A stretch of 64,000 nt of DNA from Patescibacteria group bacterium (GTDB lineage Bacteria; Patescibacteriota; Minisyncoccia; Phycocordibacterales; SIBU01). Under the pieces are notes generated by a model. That model did no database searches and was not told where the DNA came from. It saw only the letters and a list, made by a program, of their open reading frames with translations. The stretch lies in NCBI GenBank assembly GCA_040390045.1, contig JAZJZC010000002.1, forward strand, positions 101,113-165,112, in the 5' to 3' direction. The position numbers were made by a program, and so were the translations under genes. Position 1 is the first letter of the stretch, and every line of letters starts with the position of its first letter. Shown here piece by piece: positions 63,835 to 64,000 of the stretch.

Positions 63835-63947
63835 AGCGGGGTAGAGTAACAGTAATTCGCAAGGCTCATAACCTTGAGATTCCCGTGCAAATCGGGACCC
63901 CGCAACAAGTTAAGAAAGACATCACAACTTTATTGTGGTGTTTTTCT
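63835..63947 (+). ncRNA. candidate small structured RNA with tRNA-like acceptor/T-arm, followed by a rho-independent terminator
   Basis: gcggggt...accccgc 7-bp acceptor-like stem. tcccg-tgcaaat-cggga T-arm-like hairpin. The would-be anticodon stem (ctca/tgag) closes only a 6-nt loop, so it is not a canonical tRNA. Terminator catcacaactttattgtggtg + ttttt at 63919-63947. Confidence 0.3.
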
Positions 63948-64000
63948 TTGCCAAAAAGTTTTTGTTTTTAGCGAAATTTTGTGTATTATAGAGTCCATTA

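Noticed and set aside
63835-63903. Calling the edge structure a bona fide tRNA gene
   Set aside because: The acceptor and T-arm are fine, but the anticodon arm can only be drawn as a 4-bp stem with a 6-nt loop and the D-arm is weak. Kept only as a tRNA-like ncRNA candidate.

Overview
The window is a low-GC (~40%) gene-dense bacterial chromosome segment. Its features resemble a Candidate Phyla Radiation/Patescibacteria-type genome: short PheS/PheT/ThrRS forms, GatCA, many type IV pilus genes and a giant surface protein. That assignment is an inference.

Content, in order:
- (i) A minus-strand pilus/T2SS-like cluster (1-5166): pilin-like genes including one fused to an LVIVD beta-propeller, a GspF/PilC platform protein and a short GspE/PilB ATPase.
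- (ii) comF and pilM, then a 2,950-aa repeat-rich fibre protein (9362-18145). It has its own promoter and three upstream hairpins, a phage-tail-fibre-like C-terminal intramolecular chaperone (peptidase S74-like, SDRKYKENI motif) and a terminal Ig-like domain. It sits between pilM and pilN/O/P-like genes.
- (iii) pilB, a CheY-like receiver, pilT, pilC, three pilins, pilD and four minor pilins.
- (iv) Housekeeping genes: ligA, gatC, gatA, rplY, a lytic transglycosylase, rpmE, prfA, rpsB, tsf, tRNA-Thr(UGU), a GT2 glycosyltransferase, pheS, pheT, gyrB, thrS, a NUDIX gene, an ndk-like gene, a membrane-anchored Clp-like AAA+ ATPase and dus.

What annotation would miss:
- An R1 family of palindromic intergenic elements built from arrays of TACGAA / TTCGTA hexamers.
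- An R2 family of (GGAACA / GGAGCA / CAGAACACAG) palindromic elements. One carries a four-helix-bundle gene, one sits in-frame inside pheS, and others donate spurious N-terminal 'MEH..' extensions to tsf and a minor pilin.
- A GIY-YIG nuclease gene bracketed by near-perfect 27-bp inverted repeats and carrying one in-frame TAA.
- A perfect 20-bp inverted repeat plus an extended hairpin after gyrB.
- A relatively GC-rich block (51.4-58.7 kb) with an 810-aa coiled-coil protein, an atypical RIO/Bud32-like kinase and a NUDIX/ndk pair sharing a promoter motif.

No CRISPR array, rRNA, transposase or integrase was seen.
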